Shown in pieces: positions 1 to 8,750 of a stretch of DNA of 56,518 nt (position 1 is its first letter; every line of letters starts with the position of its first letter). Source of the stretch: a virus; IMG/VR virus record IMGVR_UViG_3300045988_112927, positions 1 to 56,518 of that record; one strand, given 5' to 3'. The notes under the pieces were generated by a model. The model did not search any database and was not told the DNA's origin. It saw nothing but the letters and a program-made list of their open reading frames with translations. Both the position numbers and the translations under genes were made by a program.

Positions 1-60
1 AGAAAAGAAGTAGGCTGTTTTATCTATGGATTACCAGATTGTTATAAAATATATAAGACA

Positions 61-501
61 ATGTATAAGAGTAAAATCAAACATAATACTTGGAGTATTA
101 TGAAAATTGAAATTTATAAGGATAATGAGCCTTATATAGAATTTTATAGAAATTATCCAAGCATTTCTATAGCTTTTGCAGAACAAAATAGTAAAGAATT
201 TATTATTACATCAGAAGATTATCAATGTATTACTATTATCAATTTAACCGATAAAGTAATTAAAACATATACAGATGTTGATGATATTCAGATGGGGTGT
301 GGATTCTGCCCCGTTGATATTGACTGGGATGAATATACTTTGTATATTGAAGGTTGCATATGGGGATGCCCTTATGAAACTATGATATGTAGAGATATTG
401 ATTTACAGAATCCAATAGATGCATTCAATAATGCCGAGTGGGATACCGAGTATGATGATGACATATATACTGACCCAGATGATGAAGAGGATGAGGATTG
501 A
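61..501 (+). CDS. hypothetical small Cys-rich protein with poly-acidic C-terminal tail
   Basis: 146-aa ORF. Two Cys pairs (GCGFCP, GCIWGCP) followed by a DE-rich tail (DDDIYTDPDDEEDED). The stop overlaps the -35 of the downstream promoter. No recognisable enzymatic motif. Confidence 0.5.
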   Translation: MYKSKIKHNTWSIMKIEIYKDNEPYIEFYRNYPSISIAFAEQNSKEFIITSEDYQCITIINLTDKVIKTYTDVDDIQMGCGFCPVDIDWDEYTLYIEGCIWGCPYETMICRDIDLQNPIDAFNNAEWDTEYDDDIYTDPDDEEDED

Positions 502-526
502 CTTTTAATAAAAAATATGATATAAT
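498..526 (+). promoter_or_regulatory. sigma70/SigA-type promoter (TTGACT - 17 nt - TGaTATAAT, extended -10)
   Basis: Seen directly: TTGACT at 498-503, a 17-nt AT-rich spacer, then TATAAT at 521-526 preceded by a TG at 518-519. It lies immediately upstream of the polymerase gene. Confidence 0.55.
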
Positions 527-541
527 ATAAATAAGAATAAA

Positions 542-3500
542 ATGAGAGGAAATAATAGTCGAATGAGAAGTTATTTTAATTGTCATACACATACAATGTA
601 TTCAAATATTCGTTTGTTAGATTGTATCAATAGACCAAAAGCTCTCATTGATAAAGCCCGTGAAATGGGGTTAAGTGGTATTATGATTACTGACCATGAA
701 TGTCTTTCAGCGCATATGGAAGTAAATCAATATGCTAAAAAGCTTCAAGAAATTGACCCTGATTTCACGGTCGCTTTAGGTAATGAGATTTATTTAACTG
801 ACACTAGAGATAAGGGTCAGAAATATTATCACTTCATTCTTGGAGCGAAAGATGCTTATGGACATAAAGGACTTAGAGAATTGAGTTCTATTGCTTGGTA
901 TAATAGTTATGAGGACAGAAGAATGGAGCGTGTTCCGCTTCTGAAATCAGAACTTAGAGAAGTTATGTCCAGATATAAAGGTCATATTGTCGCAACCAGC
1001 GCTTGTATGGGCGGTGAGTTATCAACTTTAGCTTTAGCTTTAGAGTTAGCTAATGATGTTAATGATATGACCAATGCTAAAATCTACTATGACAGAATAG
1101 TGGAATTTTTGGCGTTCTGTAAAGATGTGTTCGGAGATGATTTTTATATTGAGTGCGCACCTTCGGAGAATCAGGACCAGATTATTGTAAATCATAAATT
1201 GTATAAAATAGCAAAAGCTATGGGTATGAAAATGGTTGTTGGTACTGATGCTCACTACTTAACTAAAGAAGATAGACCAGTTCATAAAGCGTACTTAAAT
1301 TCTAAAGGTGGAGAACGTGAAGTAGATGCTTTCTATGAGTTCTCTCGTTTAATGGATACTGAAGAAGTTGCAAACTTACTTATTCCATGTTTCTTAGATT
1401 TAGATGAAAATCCAGGAGACATTGTGAATTGGATTATGGATAATACTGAAGAATTAAGAAGTAAATTTACTTTTTATTCTCTTGAAAGAAAGCAGATGAT
1501 TCCTAAAGTTTCAGTGAAAGATTATCCTAAGTCAAGTGCATGGGAATATGATATGTTTCCAGTTATCAGTTCCTTACTTACAAGTGATGAAATCCAAGAG
1601 AGATATTGGATTAACGAGTGTCTTATTGAGTTAGGTAATAAAGGATTAGATGATAATATTGAATATGTAAAGCGTCTTGAGATTGAAGCTGATATTATTA
1701 AATATATTGGTGAACAATTAAATGACTGCTTATTTGCATATTTTAATACATTTAAGCATTATATTGATTTATTCTGGGAGTGCGGCAGTATCGTAGGACC
1801 GGGTCGTGGTTCTGCAACAGGTTTCTTATCAAACTATCTACTTGGTATTACTCAGCTTGACCCTATTCGTTGGAATCTTCCTTATTGGCGTTTCTTGAAT
1901 AAAGAACGTGCGGAATTGCCTGATATTGATATCGACTTGGCGCCATCAAAGCGTCCGGGAATTTTCAAGGCAATTAGAAAGGAAAGAGGGGAACTTGGAC
2001 TCGTACAGGTTGCGACATTTGGAACGGAAGGAACGAAGTCCGCAGTTCTTACAGCTTGTAGAGGTTATAGAAGTGAAGAGTATCCAGAAGGAATTGATGT
2101 TGATGAAGCTCAATATATGTCATCTTTAATTCCTCAAGAGCGTGGATTTTTATGGCCGATTGCTGATGTTATTCATGGCAATGATGAAAAGAATAGAAAA
2201 CCAGTTAATGCTTTCATTAGAGAAGTAAATCAATATCCAGGTTTATTAGATATTATTGAATCTATTGAAGGCTTGGTTAATAAGCGTTCTTCTCATGCTT
2301 CTGGTGTAATTTTATATGGAGATGACCCATATGAAACTGCGGCATTTATGAGGACTCCAAGTGGTGATTTAATCACTTGTTATGATTTGCATAAAGCAGA
2401 AGCGGCTGGAGATACAAAGTACGACTTCCTTGTAACTGAAGTTTCAGACAAAATTATTAAATGTTTTGAACTATTAACAAAAGATAAAGTAATTGAAAAT
2501 GATAGTTTAAGACAACTTTACAATAAATATTTACATCCGGAAATAATTGACACAACTAATCAAAAGATTTGGGACCACCTTGCCGCAGGAGATATTCTTG
2601 ATGTATTCCAGTTTTCTACTGGAGTAGGTCTTGCGATTGCAAAGAGACTTAAACCTCAAGACCCTATGGAAATGACGGCTGCGAACGCTATGATGAGACT
2701 TATGTCAGAGAAAGGCGTAGAGTCACAACAAGATAGATATGTTCGTATTCAATCTCAAGGTATCCAAGCCTTTGATGCTGAAATGAGAAGATTACATCTA
2801 TCAGAAGAATTTATTAAGAAGATGCATAAGCATTGTGATAAGTATTATGGATGTTGCCCCATCCAGGAGCAAATGATGGAAATGCTTATGGATATTGCGG
2901 GATTCACATTAGGCGAAGCTAATAATGCTCGTAAAATTGTTGCTAAAAAGCAAATGTCCAAGATTCCTGAACTGCGCGAGCAGGTATGGGGATGCTTTGA
3001 TGACCAGGCTACTGCGAAGTATTTCTGGGACAATGCGATTGCGCCACAGTTAGGTTATGCGTTCAGTATGAACCATTCACTTCCATATTCATTTGTTGGT
3101 ATTCAAACTATTTGCTTAGCAATCAATTTTAATCCTATTTATTGGGATACAGCTTGCTTGATTGTAAATAGTGGAGCAACTGATGAAGAAGCTGGTGGCT
3201 CAACTGATTATGGTAAAATCGCAAAAGCCATTGGAGATATTATGTCTGCTGGTATTAAAGTTAGTTTGGCTAATATCAATAAATCTGACTTTGGATTTGC
3301 GCCTGATGTTGAAAATAATAGAATTCTTTTTGGTTTGAAGGGTATGTTAAATGTTGGTGATGATATTGTCGCAAATACCATTGCAAACAGACCATATGTT
3401 TCTCCAAGAGATTTCTTAAATAAAGTAAGACCTGGAAAGCAAGCTATGATATCATTAATTAAGGGTGGAGCCTTTGATGAAATGATGGATAGAAAACTCT

Positions 3501-4438
3501 GTATGGGTTGGTATATCTGGGAAACTTGCGATAAGAAAAAGAGAATTACTTTACAGAATATGAGTGGACTTATTAGATATGGAGTAATTCCTACTGATGA
3601 TGAAAAACTCGTAACTGCAAAAAGAATCTTTGAGTTCAATAGATATTTAAAAGCAGTTTGCAAATCTCTTGACCCTAAGACTTATTACCTTGATGAAAGA
3701 GGACTTAACTTCATTATGGAGTTAGGATATGAAAATCTTTTAACTGTTGTAATGGATAACTATATGTTAGATGTTGCAGAATGGGAGAAGAAAGTATATC
3801 AGCCTTGGATGGATGTTGTTCGTAATTGGATTGCTTCTGACAAAGAAGGAATTTTAAATAAATTAAATACTTGCATCTTTAAAGAAGATTGGGATAAATA
3901 CGCTCAAGGAACATTATCAGCTTGGGAAATGGAAGTATTATGTTTCTACTATCATGACCATGAATTAAAGAATGTGAATATGGCTAAATATGGTTTATCT
4001 GATTTCCATAGTCTTCCAGAAGAGCCGGTAGTAGAAAGAACTTTCACATCTCGCGCAGGTACTGAAGTTAAGATTTTCAAAATCTTTAAGATTTGTGGAA
4101 CTTGCATTGCAAAGAATAAAACCAAAGGAACTGTAACATTATTAACTAATACAGGAGTTGTAGAAGTTAAATTCAGAAAAGAATATTTCTCATTATTCGA
4201 TAAACAAATTTCTGAGAAAGGTGCCGATGGTGTAAAGCACGTAGTTCAAAAATCATGGTTTAATCGTGGAAATATGATTGTAGTCCAAGGAATTAGGTCT
4301 GGAGATGACTTTATTGCTAAAAAATATCAAAGCACAGGTGGTCATCAACTATATCGTATCGAAGAAATTAAAGAAGATGGTTCTTTAATATTAGCGGACA
4401 GTAGGCCTTCTGGAAATCCTGAGGACGAAATTGATTAA
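542..4438 (+). CDS. dnaE: DNA polymerase III alpha subunit (DnaE-type replicative polymerase) with N-terminal PHP domain
   Basis: 1298-aa ORF. The N-terminal PHP-domain signature is HTHTxYS ... MITDHE ... GTDAHY. The body is long and PolIIIalpha-like (GLKGMLNVGDDIV-type helix-hairpin-helix region). The more likely start is the ATG at 563 (MRSYFNCHTHT), given the promoter at 498-526 and GAGGA at 548-552. Confidence 0.85.
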   Translation: MRGNNSRMRSYFNCHTHTMYSNIRLLDCINRPKALIDKAREMGLSGIMITDHECLSAHMEVNQYAKKLQEIDPDFTVALGNEIYLTDTRDKGQKYYHFILGAKDAYGHKGLRELSSIAWYNSYEDRRMERVPLLKSELREVMSRYKGHIVATSACMGGELSTLALALELANDVNDMTNAKIYYDRIVEFLAFCKDVFGDDFYIECAPSENQDQIIVNHKLYKIAKAMGMKMVVGTDAHYLTKEDRPVHKAYLNSKGGEREVDAFYEFSRLMDTEEVANLLIPCFLDLDENPGDIVNWIMDNTEELRSKFTFYSLERKQMIPKVSVKDYPKSSAWEYDMFPVISSLLTSDEIQERYWINECLIELGNKGLDDNIEYVKRLEIEADIIKYIGEQLNDCLFAYFNTFKHYIDLFWECGSIVGPGRGSATGFLSNYLLGITQLDPIRWNLPYWRFLNKERAELPDIDIDLAPSKRPGIFKAIRKERGELGLVQVATFGTEGTKSAVLTACRGYRSEEYPEGIDVDEAQYMSSLIPQERGFLWPIADVIHGNDEKNRKPVNAFIREVNQYPGLLDIIESIEGLVNKRSSHASGVILYGDDPYETAAFMRTPSGDLITCYDLHKAEAAGDTKYDFLVTEVSDKIIKCFELLTKDKVIENDSLRQLYNKYLHPEIIDTTNQKIWDHLAAGDILDVFQFSTGVGLAIAKRLKPQDPMEMTAANAMMRLMSEKGVESQQDRYVRIQSQGIQAFDAEMRRLHLSEEFIKKMHKHCDKYYGCCPIQEQMMEMLMDIAGFTLGEANNARKIVAKKQMSKIPELREQVWGCFDDQATAKYFWDNAIAPQLGYAFSMNHSLPYSFVGIQTICLAINFNPIYWDTACLIVNSGATDEEAGGSTDYGKIAKAIGDIMSAGIKVSLANINKSDFGFAPDVENNRILFGLKGMLNVGDDIVANTIANRPYVSPRDFLNKVRPGKQAMISLIKGGAFDEMMDRKLCMGWYIWETCDKKKRITLQNMSGLIRYGVIPTDDEKLVTAKRIFEFNRYLKAVCKSLDPKTYYLDERGLNFIMELGYENLLTVVMDNYMLDVAEWEKKVYQPWMDVVRNWIASDKEGILNKLNTCIFKEDWDKYAQGTLSAWEMEVLCFYYHDHELKNVNMAKYGLSDFHSLPEEPVVERTFTSRAGTEVKIFKIFKICGTCIAKNKTKGTVTLLTNTGVVEVKFRKEYFSLFDKQISEKGADGVKHVVQKSWFNRGNMIVVQGIRSGDDFIAKKYQSTGGHQLYRIEEIKEDGSLILADSRPSGNPEDEID

Positions 4439-4460
4439 ATATATAAATAAAAATCCTATA

Positions 4461-4492
4461 TATAATAACCGAGAAAAATCTTGGTTATTATA
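4461..4492 (+). promoter_or_regulatory. intergenic stem-loop (10-bp stem, 12-nt loop) between the polymerase gene and the homing endonuclease gene
   Basis: TATAATAACC (4461-4470) pairs with GGTTATTATA (4483-4492). AAGGAGG at 4494-4500 and a GTG start at 4510 follow immediately. There is no U-tract, so this is probably not a simple terminator. Confidence 0.35.
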
Positions 4493-4509
4493 TAAGGAGG
4501 TATTTATTT

Positions 4510-5238
4510 GTGTATACAGTATATATTCATAGGAATAAAAAAAATCAAAAAGTGTATGTAGGATTAACTAAACAGACTCCTCAATCAAGGTGGAGAAGAA
4601 ATGGTGAAGGCTATAAAAATCAACCTAAATTTTGGAATGCTATTAAAAAATATGGTTGGGATAATTTTGAGCATATTATATTAAAAACGGGATTAACTGC
4701 AAAAGAGGCTGGTGAACTAGAACAAAATTTAATTAAAAGTTTTAATAGTATTCAAAATGGTTATAATGCCGATGAAGGCGGAATAATAACAAATCACTCT
4801 CAAGAAACCATAGATAAAATAAAAAAAGCTATGATTGGGAAGAATCATACACAAGAAACTAAAGATAAAATTAGTAATTCTAAAAATAATGATAAAAAAA
4901 TTGTAATTTGTATTGAAACTGGTATAGAATATGAAAGTGCAGCGTATGCTATGAAACAAACTGGGATTGATAGAAGTTCTATAAGTAAAGTTTGTTATGG
5001 TACTATGAATACTGCTGGTGGATATCATTGGTGTTTTAAAGGTCAAGAACCAATTTACACTAAAGATAAACGATTTAAATCAGTTATTTGTTTAAGCACT
5101 GGAAAAATATATCCTTCTATATCTGAAGCTGCTAGAGATACAAATTCTGACCCAAGCAATATAAAAAAAGTTTGTGATGGTAAATATAAAACTACAAATA
5201 AATTAAAATGGAAATATTATCAAGGTGAAGAAGAATAG
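4510..5238 (+). CDS. GIY-YIG homing endonuclease with NUMOD3 DNA-binding repeats (free-standing)
   Basis: The N-terminus VYIHRNKKNQKVYVGLT...R...GYNADEGG has the GIY-YIG layout. It is followed by tandem NUMOD3-like motifs (HSQETIDKIKKAM, HTQETKDKISNSK) and C-terminal DNA-binding-like repeats (SISKVCYG / SNIKKVCDG). The gene is extremely AT-rich and has its own RBS and a GTG start. Confidence 0.8.
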   Translation: MYTVYIHRNKKNQKVYVGLTKQTPQSRWRRNGEGYKNQPKFWNAIKKYGWDNFEHIILKTGLTAKEAGELEQNLIKSFNSIQNGYNADEGGIITNHSQETIDKIKKAMIGKNHTQETKDKISNSKNNDKKIVICIETGIEYESAAYAMKQTGIDRSSISKVCYGTMNTAGGYHWCFKGQEPIYTKDKRFKSVICLSTGKIYPSISEAARDTNSDPSNIKKVCDGKYKTTNKLKWKYYQGEEE

Positions 5239-5245
5239 GAGGAGT

Positions 5246-5267
5246 AATGCGGCCAACCGGTCGCATT
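5246..5267 (+). terminator. GC-rich hairpin directly after the homing endonuclease gene (terminator-like, weak U-tract)
   Basis: AATGCGGCC (5246-5254) pairs with GGTCGCATT (5259-5267), 9 bp with one G-U pair and loop AACC. CUUCCUCU follows. It is a notable GC-rich island in AT-rich DNA. GGAGG at 5280-5284 then serves the next gene. Confidence 0.35.
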
Positions 5268-5289
5268 CTTCCTCTATGCGGAGGTATTA

Positions 5290-5829
5290 ATGTATAAAAT
5301 AATCGCACTTGTAGGAGAGGCTGGCAGTGGCAAAGATACTATTATGAAACACGTATTAGAAGCTTGTCCTGGACTACATGAAATTGTTAGCTGCACCACT
5401 CGTCCCATGAGAGAAGGGGAAGAAGAAGGTGTAAACTATTTTTATCTTACTAAAGAGGATTTTGCAGAAAAAGTCCTTAATGGAGAGATGTTTGAAGCAA
5501 CATGTTTTAATGGCTGGTTTTATGGAACAGCTAAACAATCTTTGAGAGAAGACGTGGTAAATATTGGAGTATTTAACCCAGAAGGAATTGAAGCTTTATT
5601 GTTAAGTAATGAAGTTGAAGTTACAGTTTATTATGTGCGCGCGTCCGATAAGAATCGTCTATTAAGGCAGCTTAGTAGAGAAAGAGACCCGGATGTAGAC
5701 GAAATTATTAGACGATTTAAAGCTGATAGAGAAGATTTCTTTGAATTGGAATTTCCATATATAGAACTTCCAAATGACACAATTCTTGGATTGGAAAATG
5801 CTGTTAAGACGATTGTGAGCCAGCTCTAA
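5290..5829 (+). CDS. gmk: guanylate kinase-like nucleoside monophosphate kinase
   Basis: P-loop IALVGEAGSGKDT. The guanylate-kinase signature block is SCTTRPMREGEEEGVNYFYLTKEDF...NGWFYGT (compare TTRxPRxGExDGxDYxFxxxxxF...YGT). Confidence 0.7.
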   Translation: MYKIIALVGEAGSGKDTIMKHVLEACPGLHEIVSCTTRPMREGEEEGVNYFYLTKEDFAEKVLNGEMFEATCFNGWFYGTAKQSLREDVVNIGVFNPEGIEALLLSNEVEVTVYYVRASDKNRLLRQLSRERDPDVDEIIRRFKADREDFFELEFPYIELPNDTILGLENAVKTIVSQL

Positions 5830-5929
5830 ACCTCTGGTGACTTAGGACAATTTTGGACATTCTATTTCATATAGTTTTCATATATGTTGTAGAGATTGTT
5901 TTCACTTTAAGAATATATGGAGGTTTGAT

Positions 5930-8158
5930 ATGAAAGTAATAAAGAGAAATGGGACTCCAGTTCCATTTGATAAAACAAAAATTGTTGACGCTATCAACAG
6001 AGCATTTTTAGAAGTTGATGGAATTTTATATGAGACAGAAACAGCAGAAGATATTGCAGAAGATATTGAAGAATTAGTTAATAAAACAAATAGTGATATT
6101 ACAGTGGAAGCTATCCAAGACTGCGTAGAAGATTTTCTTATGCGCTCAGAGCGCCGTGACGTGGCTCGCGCATATATCCGTTATAGATATAAGAAAGAAA
6201 TCGCAAGACATTACTCAGACGATTTCATTGACGCAATCTCAGAGAAATTGCGCGCCACCAATGTGCAGAACCAGAACGCCAACGTAGACGAGCATTCATT
6301 CGGCGGCCGCATGGGAGAAGCTACTGATTTATTGACAAAACAATATGCTTTAGATTTCTGTGTATCTCCAATGGCTCGTGCGAATCATTTAAACAATGAG
6401 ATTTATATTCACGATTTAGGTTCATATGCTGTTGGCATGCATAACTGTTTATCTATTCCTTTTGATGATTTATTAGCTAAAGGATTTAATACAAGACAAA
6501 CTGATGTGCGCCCGGCTAATTCAGTAAATACCGCTTTACAGCTTGTAGCAGTTGTTTTCCAGCTACAATCTCTACAGCAATTCGGAGGAGTATCTGCTAC
6601 TCATTTAGATTGGACATTAGTTCCATATGTGCGTAAGAGTTTTACAAAGCATTTAAAAGATGGTATGAAATACTTTGAAAATAAATCTGAGTATAAATTA
6701 AAAAGATTTTATAAATGGTTAGAAAAAGATTGCCATAAAGATGGTACTGTTCATTTTGATGATACTGAAATCCAAAATTTACATCCTCAAGCTTGGGATT
6801 ATGCCATGGACATGACTTTAAGAGAAACTAAGCAGGCAGTAGAAGGCATGTACCATAACTTGAATACATTACAATCAAGAAGCGGTAATCAATTACCTTT
6901 CACCTCTATTAACTATGGAACCTGTACTTTACCAGAAGGTAGAGTTGTTATTGAAGCTTTGTTGGAAGGCTCTAAAGCTGGTGTAGGTAAATTCCATAAA
7001 ACTTCTATTTTCCCTTGTGGAATTTTCCAAGTTATGAAAGGTGTTAATAAAGAACCTGGTACACCTAACTATGATTTATTTAAGAAGGCATTAGAATCAA
7101 CTGCGCAAAGATTATATCCTAATTATGCGAATGTTGATTGGAGCGGGAACGCAGGATATGATAAGAACGACCCTTGCACATATTTCTCAACAATGGGATG
7201 TAGAACCGCTAATGGTTGGGATATTAATGGTTTCGGTCAAAGAAAAGACGGACGTGGAAATATTTGTCCTGTAACAATTATTATGCCTACACTTGCTATG
7301 AAAGCAAAGAAAGAAAGTGAACGCACTGGCGCAGATATTGTTGAAACATTTATGGGTATCTTAGATAGCAAGATTTTTGAAGCAAGAGATATGTTAATTG
7401 AAAGATTTGAATATATCTGTAAACAATCTCCTAACGCAGCTAAATTCATGTATGAAAATAATGTAATGGCTGGCTATATCCCAGAAGAAGGAATTAGAAG
7501 TGCGCTTAAGCATGGTACTCTTGCTCTTGGTCAGTTAGGACTTGCGGAAACTCTTCAAATCTTAATTGGTTGCGACCATACTGAATCAAAAGGTATGGAG
7601 TTAGCTAAGAGAATTGAACAGTTATTCAAAGACCGTTGTAATCAATTTAAGGAAGAGTATAAATTAAATTTTGGTGTTTATTATACACCTGCTGAAAATT
7701 TATGCTATACTGCTATGCAGAAATTCCAAAAGAGATATGGATATATTCCAAATGTTTCAGATAAAGATTTCTTTACTAACAGTATCCACGTTCCAGTATG
7801 GAAAGAAATGTCTCCTTTTGAGAAGATTGATATTGAGTCTCAGTTAACTGGATATTCTTCTGCGGGATGTATTACTTATATTGAGTTAGATTCCGGTATT
7901 AAGAATAATCTTGATGCATTGGAAGTTTTAGTTAATTATGCTATGGATAAGGACATTCCTTATTTTGCAGTTAATGTTCCAAATGATATGTGTGAAGATT
8001 GTGGCTATACCGATGAAATCAATGATGTATGTCCTCAATGCGGCAGTCGCCATATCCGAAGATTACGCCGAGTTACTGGTTACTTAACCGGAGATTATAA
8101 AACTGCTTTCAATAAAGGAAAACAGCAAGAAACTGAAATGAGAGTGAAACATCGCTAA
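5930..8158 (+). CDS. nrdD: anaerobic ribonucleoside-triphosphate reductase (class III RNR), NrdD
   Basis: 742-aa ORF. It has an N-terminal ATP-cone (KVIKRNGTPVPFDKTKIVDAINRAF). The C-terminal Zn ribbon is CEDCGY...CPQCGS, followed by the glycyl-radical motif RRVTGYL. The RBS GGAGG lies 6 nt upstream. Confidence 0.9.
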   Translation: MKVIKRNGTPVPFDKTKIVDAINRAFLEVDGILYETETAEDIAEDIEELVNKTNSDITVEAIQDCVEDFLMRSERRDVARAYIRYRYKKEIARHYSDDFIDAISEKLRATNVQNQNANVDEHSFGGRMGEATDLLTKQYALDFCVSPMARANHLNNEIYIHDLGSYAVGMHNCLSIPFDDLLAKGFNTRQTDVRPANSVNTALQLVAVVFQLQSLQQFGGVSATHLDWTLVPYVRKSFTKHLKDGMKYFENKSEYKLKRFYKWLEKDCHKDGTVHFDDTEIQNLHPQAWDYAMDMTLRETKQAVEGMYHNLNTLQSRSGNQLPFTSINYGTCTLPEGRVVIEALLEGSKAGVGKFHKTSIFPCGIFQVMKGVNKEPGTPNYDLFKKALESTAQRLYPNYANVDWSGNAGYDKNDPCTYFSTMGCRTANGWDINGFGQRKDGRGNICPVTIIMPTLAMKAKKESERTGADIVETFMGILDSKIFEARDMLIERFEYICKQSPNAAKFMYENNVMAGYIPEEGIRSALKHGTLALGQLGLAETLQILIGCDHTESKGMELAKRIEQLFKDRCNQFKEEYKLNFGVYYTPAENLCYTAMQKFQKRYGYIPNVSDKDFFTNSIHVPVWKEMSPFEKIDIESQLTGYSSAGCITYIELDSGIKNNLDALEVLVNYAMDKDIPYFAVNVPNDMCEDCGYTDEINDVCPQCGSRHIRRLRRVTGYLTGDYKTAFNKGKQQETEMRVKHR

Positions 8159-8168
8159 GGTGATTAAA

Positions 8169-8202
8169 AATTTGCTCTGTAGACTTTACTACAGAGCAAA
8201 TT
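8169..8202. promoter_or_regulatory. perfect 14-bp stem-loop between nrdD and nrdG
   Basis: AATTTGCTCTGTAG (8169-8182) pairs with CTACAGAGCAAATT (8189-8202), with a 6-nt loop. It is flanked by A-runs on both sides. No clear U-tract follows on the + strand. Confidence 0.5.
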
Positions 8203-8231
8203 GAACATAAAAAAGTAGAAGAGGGAGTTCA

Positions 8232-8729
8232 ATGAAATACAGTGGATTAATACTTAACGATATGTCGGCGGCTCCTGGAGTCTGCGTGACGTTTTTTACA
8301 CAAGGTTGCCCACACAGATGTAAAGGTTGCCACAATCCTGAGACTTGGAATTTTGATGGTGGTAAAGAATTTACGCCTGATGTTTTAGATGAAATATGCA
8401 ATGGATTAACCGCTCAAGGAGTTAAAAGAAACTTCTGTTTAATGGGAGGAGAACCTCTTTGTTCAGAAAATTCTTTTCTTTCTTATTTAGTTGTTAAGAC
8501 TGTAAGAGAGAAAGTACCAGAAGCAAAGATATATATATGGTCTGGATATACTTTTGAGCAGTTAATTGAAAGCGGAGATAAGCGTACAAAAGATACCTTA
8601 AAAGAAGCTGATTATCTAATTGATGGTCCGTTTATAGAAGAATTGCGCGATGTCACCTTGCCGATGCGAGGAAGTAGCAATCAAAGGATTATTGATTTGA
8701 CAACTGAGTTAAAAAATGATATAATGTAA
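8232..8729 (+). CDS. nrdG: anaerobic RNR activating protein (radical SAM), NrdG
   Basis: The N-terminal CxxxCxxC cluster is GCPHRCKGCHNPETW. The size of 165 aa and the position directly downstream of nrdD are typical. Confidence 0.9.
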   Translation: MKYSGLILNDMSAAPGVCVTFFTQGCPHRCKGCHNPETWNFDGGKEFTPDVLDEICNGLTAQGVKRNFCLMGGEPLCSENSFLSYLVVKTVREKVPEAKIYIWSGYTFEQLIESGDKRTKDTLKEADYLIDGPFIEELRDVTLPMRGSSNQRIIDLTTELKNDIM

Positions 8730-8750
8730 ATAAAAGTGAGGTGTTAGTAG

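Noticed and set aside
542-8158. Intein or group I intron interrupting dnaE or nrdD, prompted by the adjacent homing endonuclease
   Set aside because: Both genes are single uninterrupted ORFs with contiguous conserved motifs. There is no C...HN intein junction and no long non-coding gap.
8189-8401. Minus-strand 70-aa ORF overlapping the nrdG start
   Set aside because: It overlaps a strongly supported radical-SAM gene and the intergenic hairpin, and it has no RBS.
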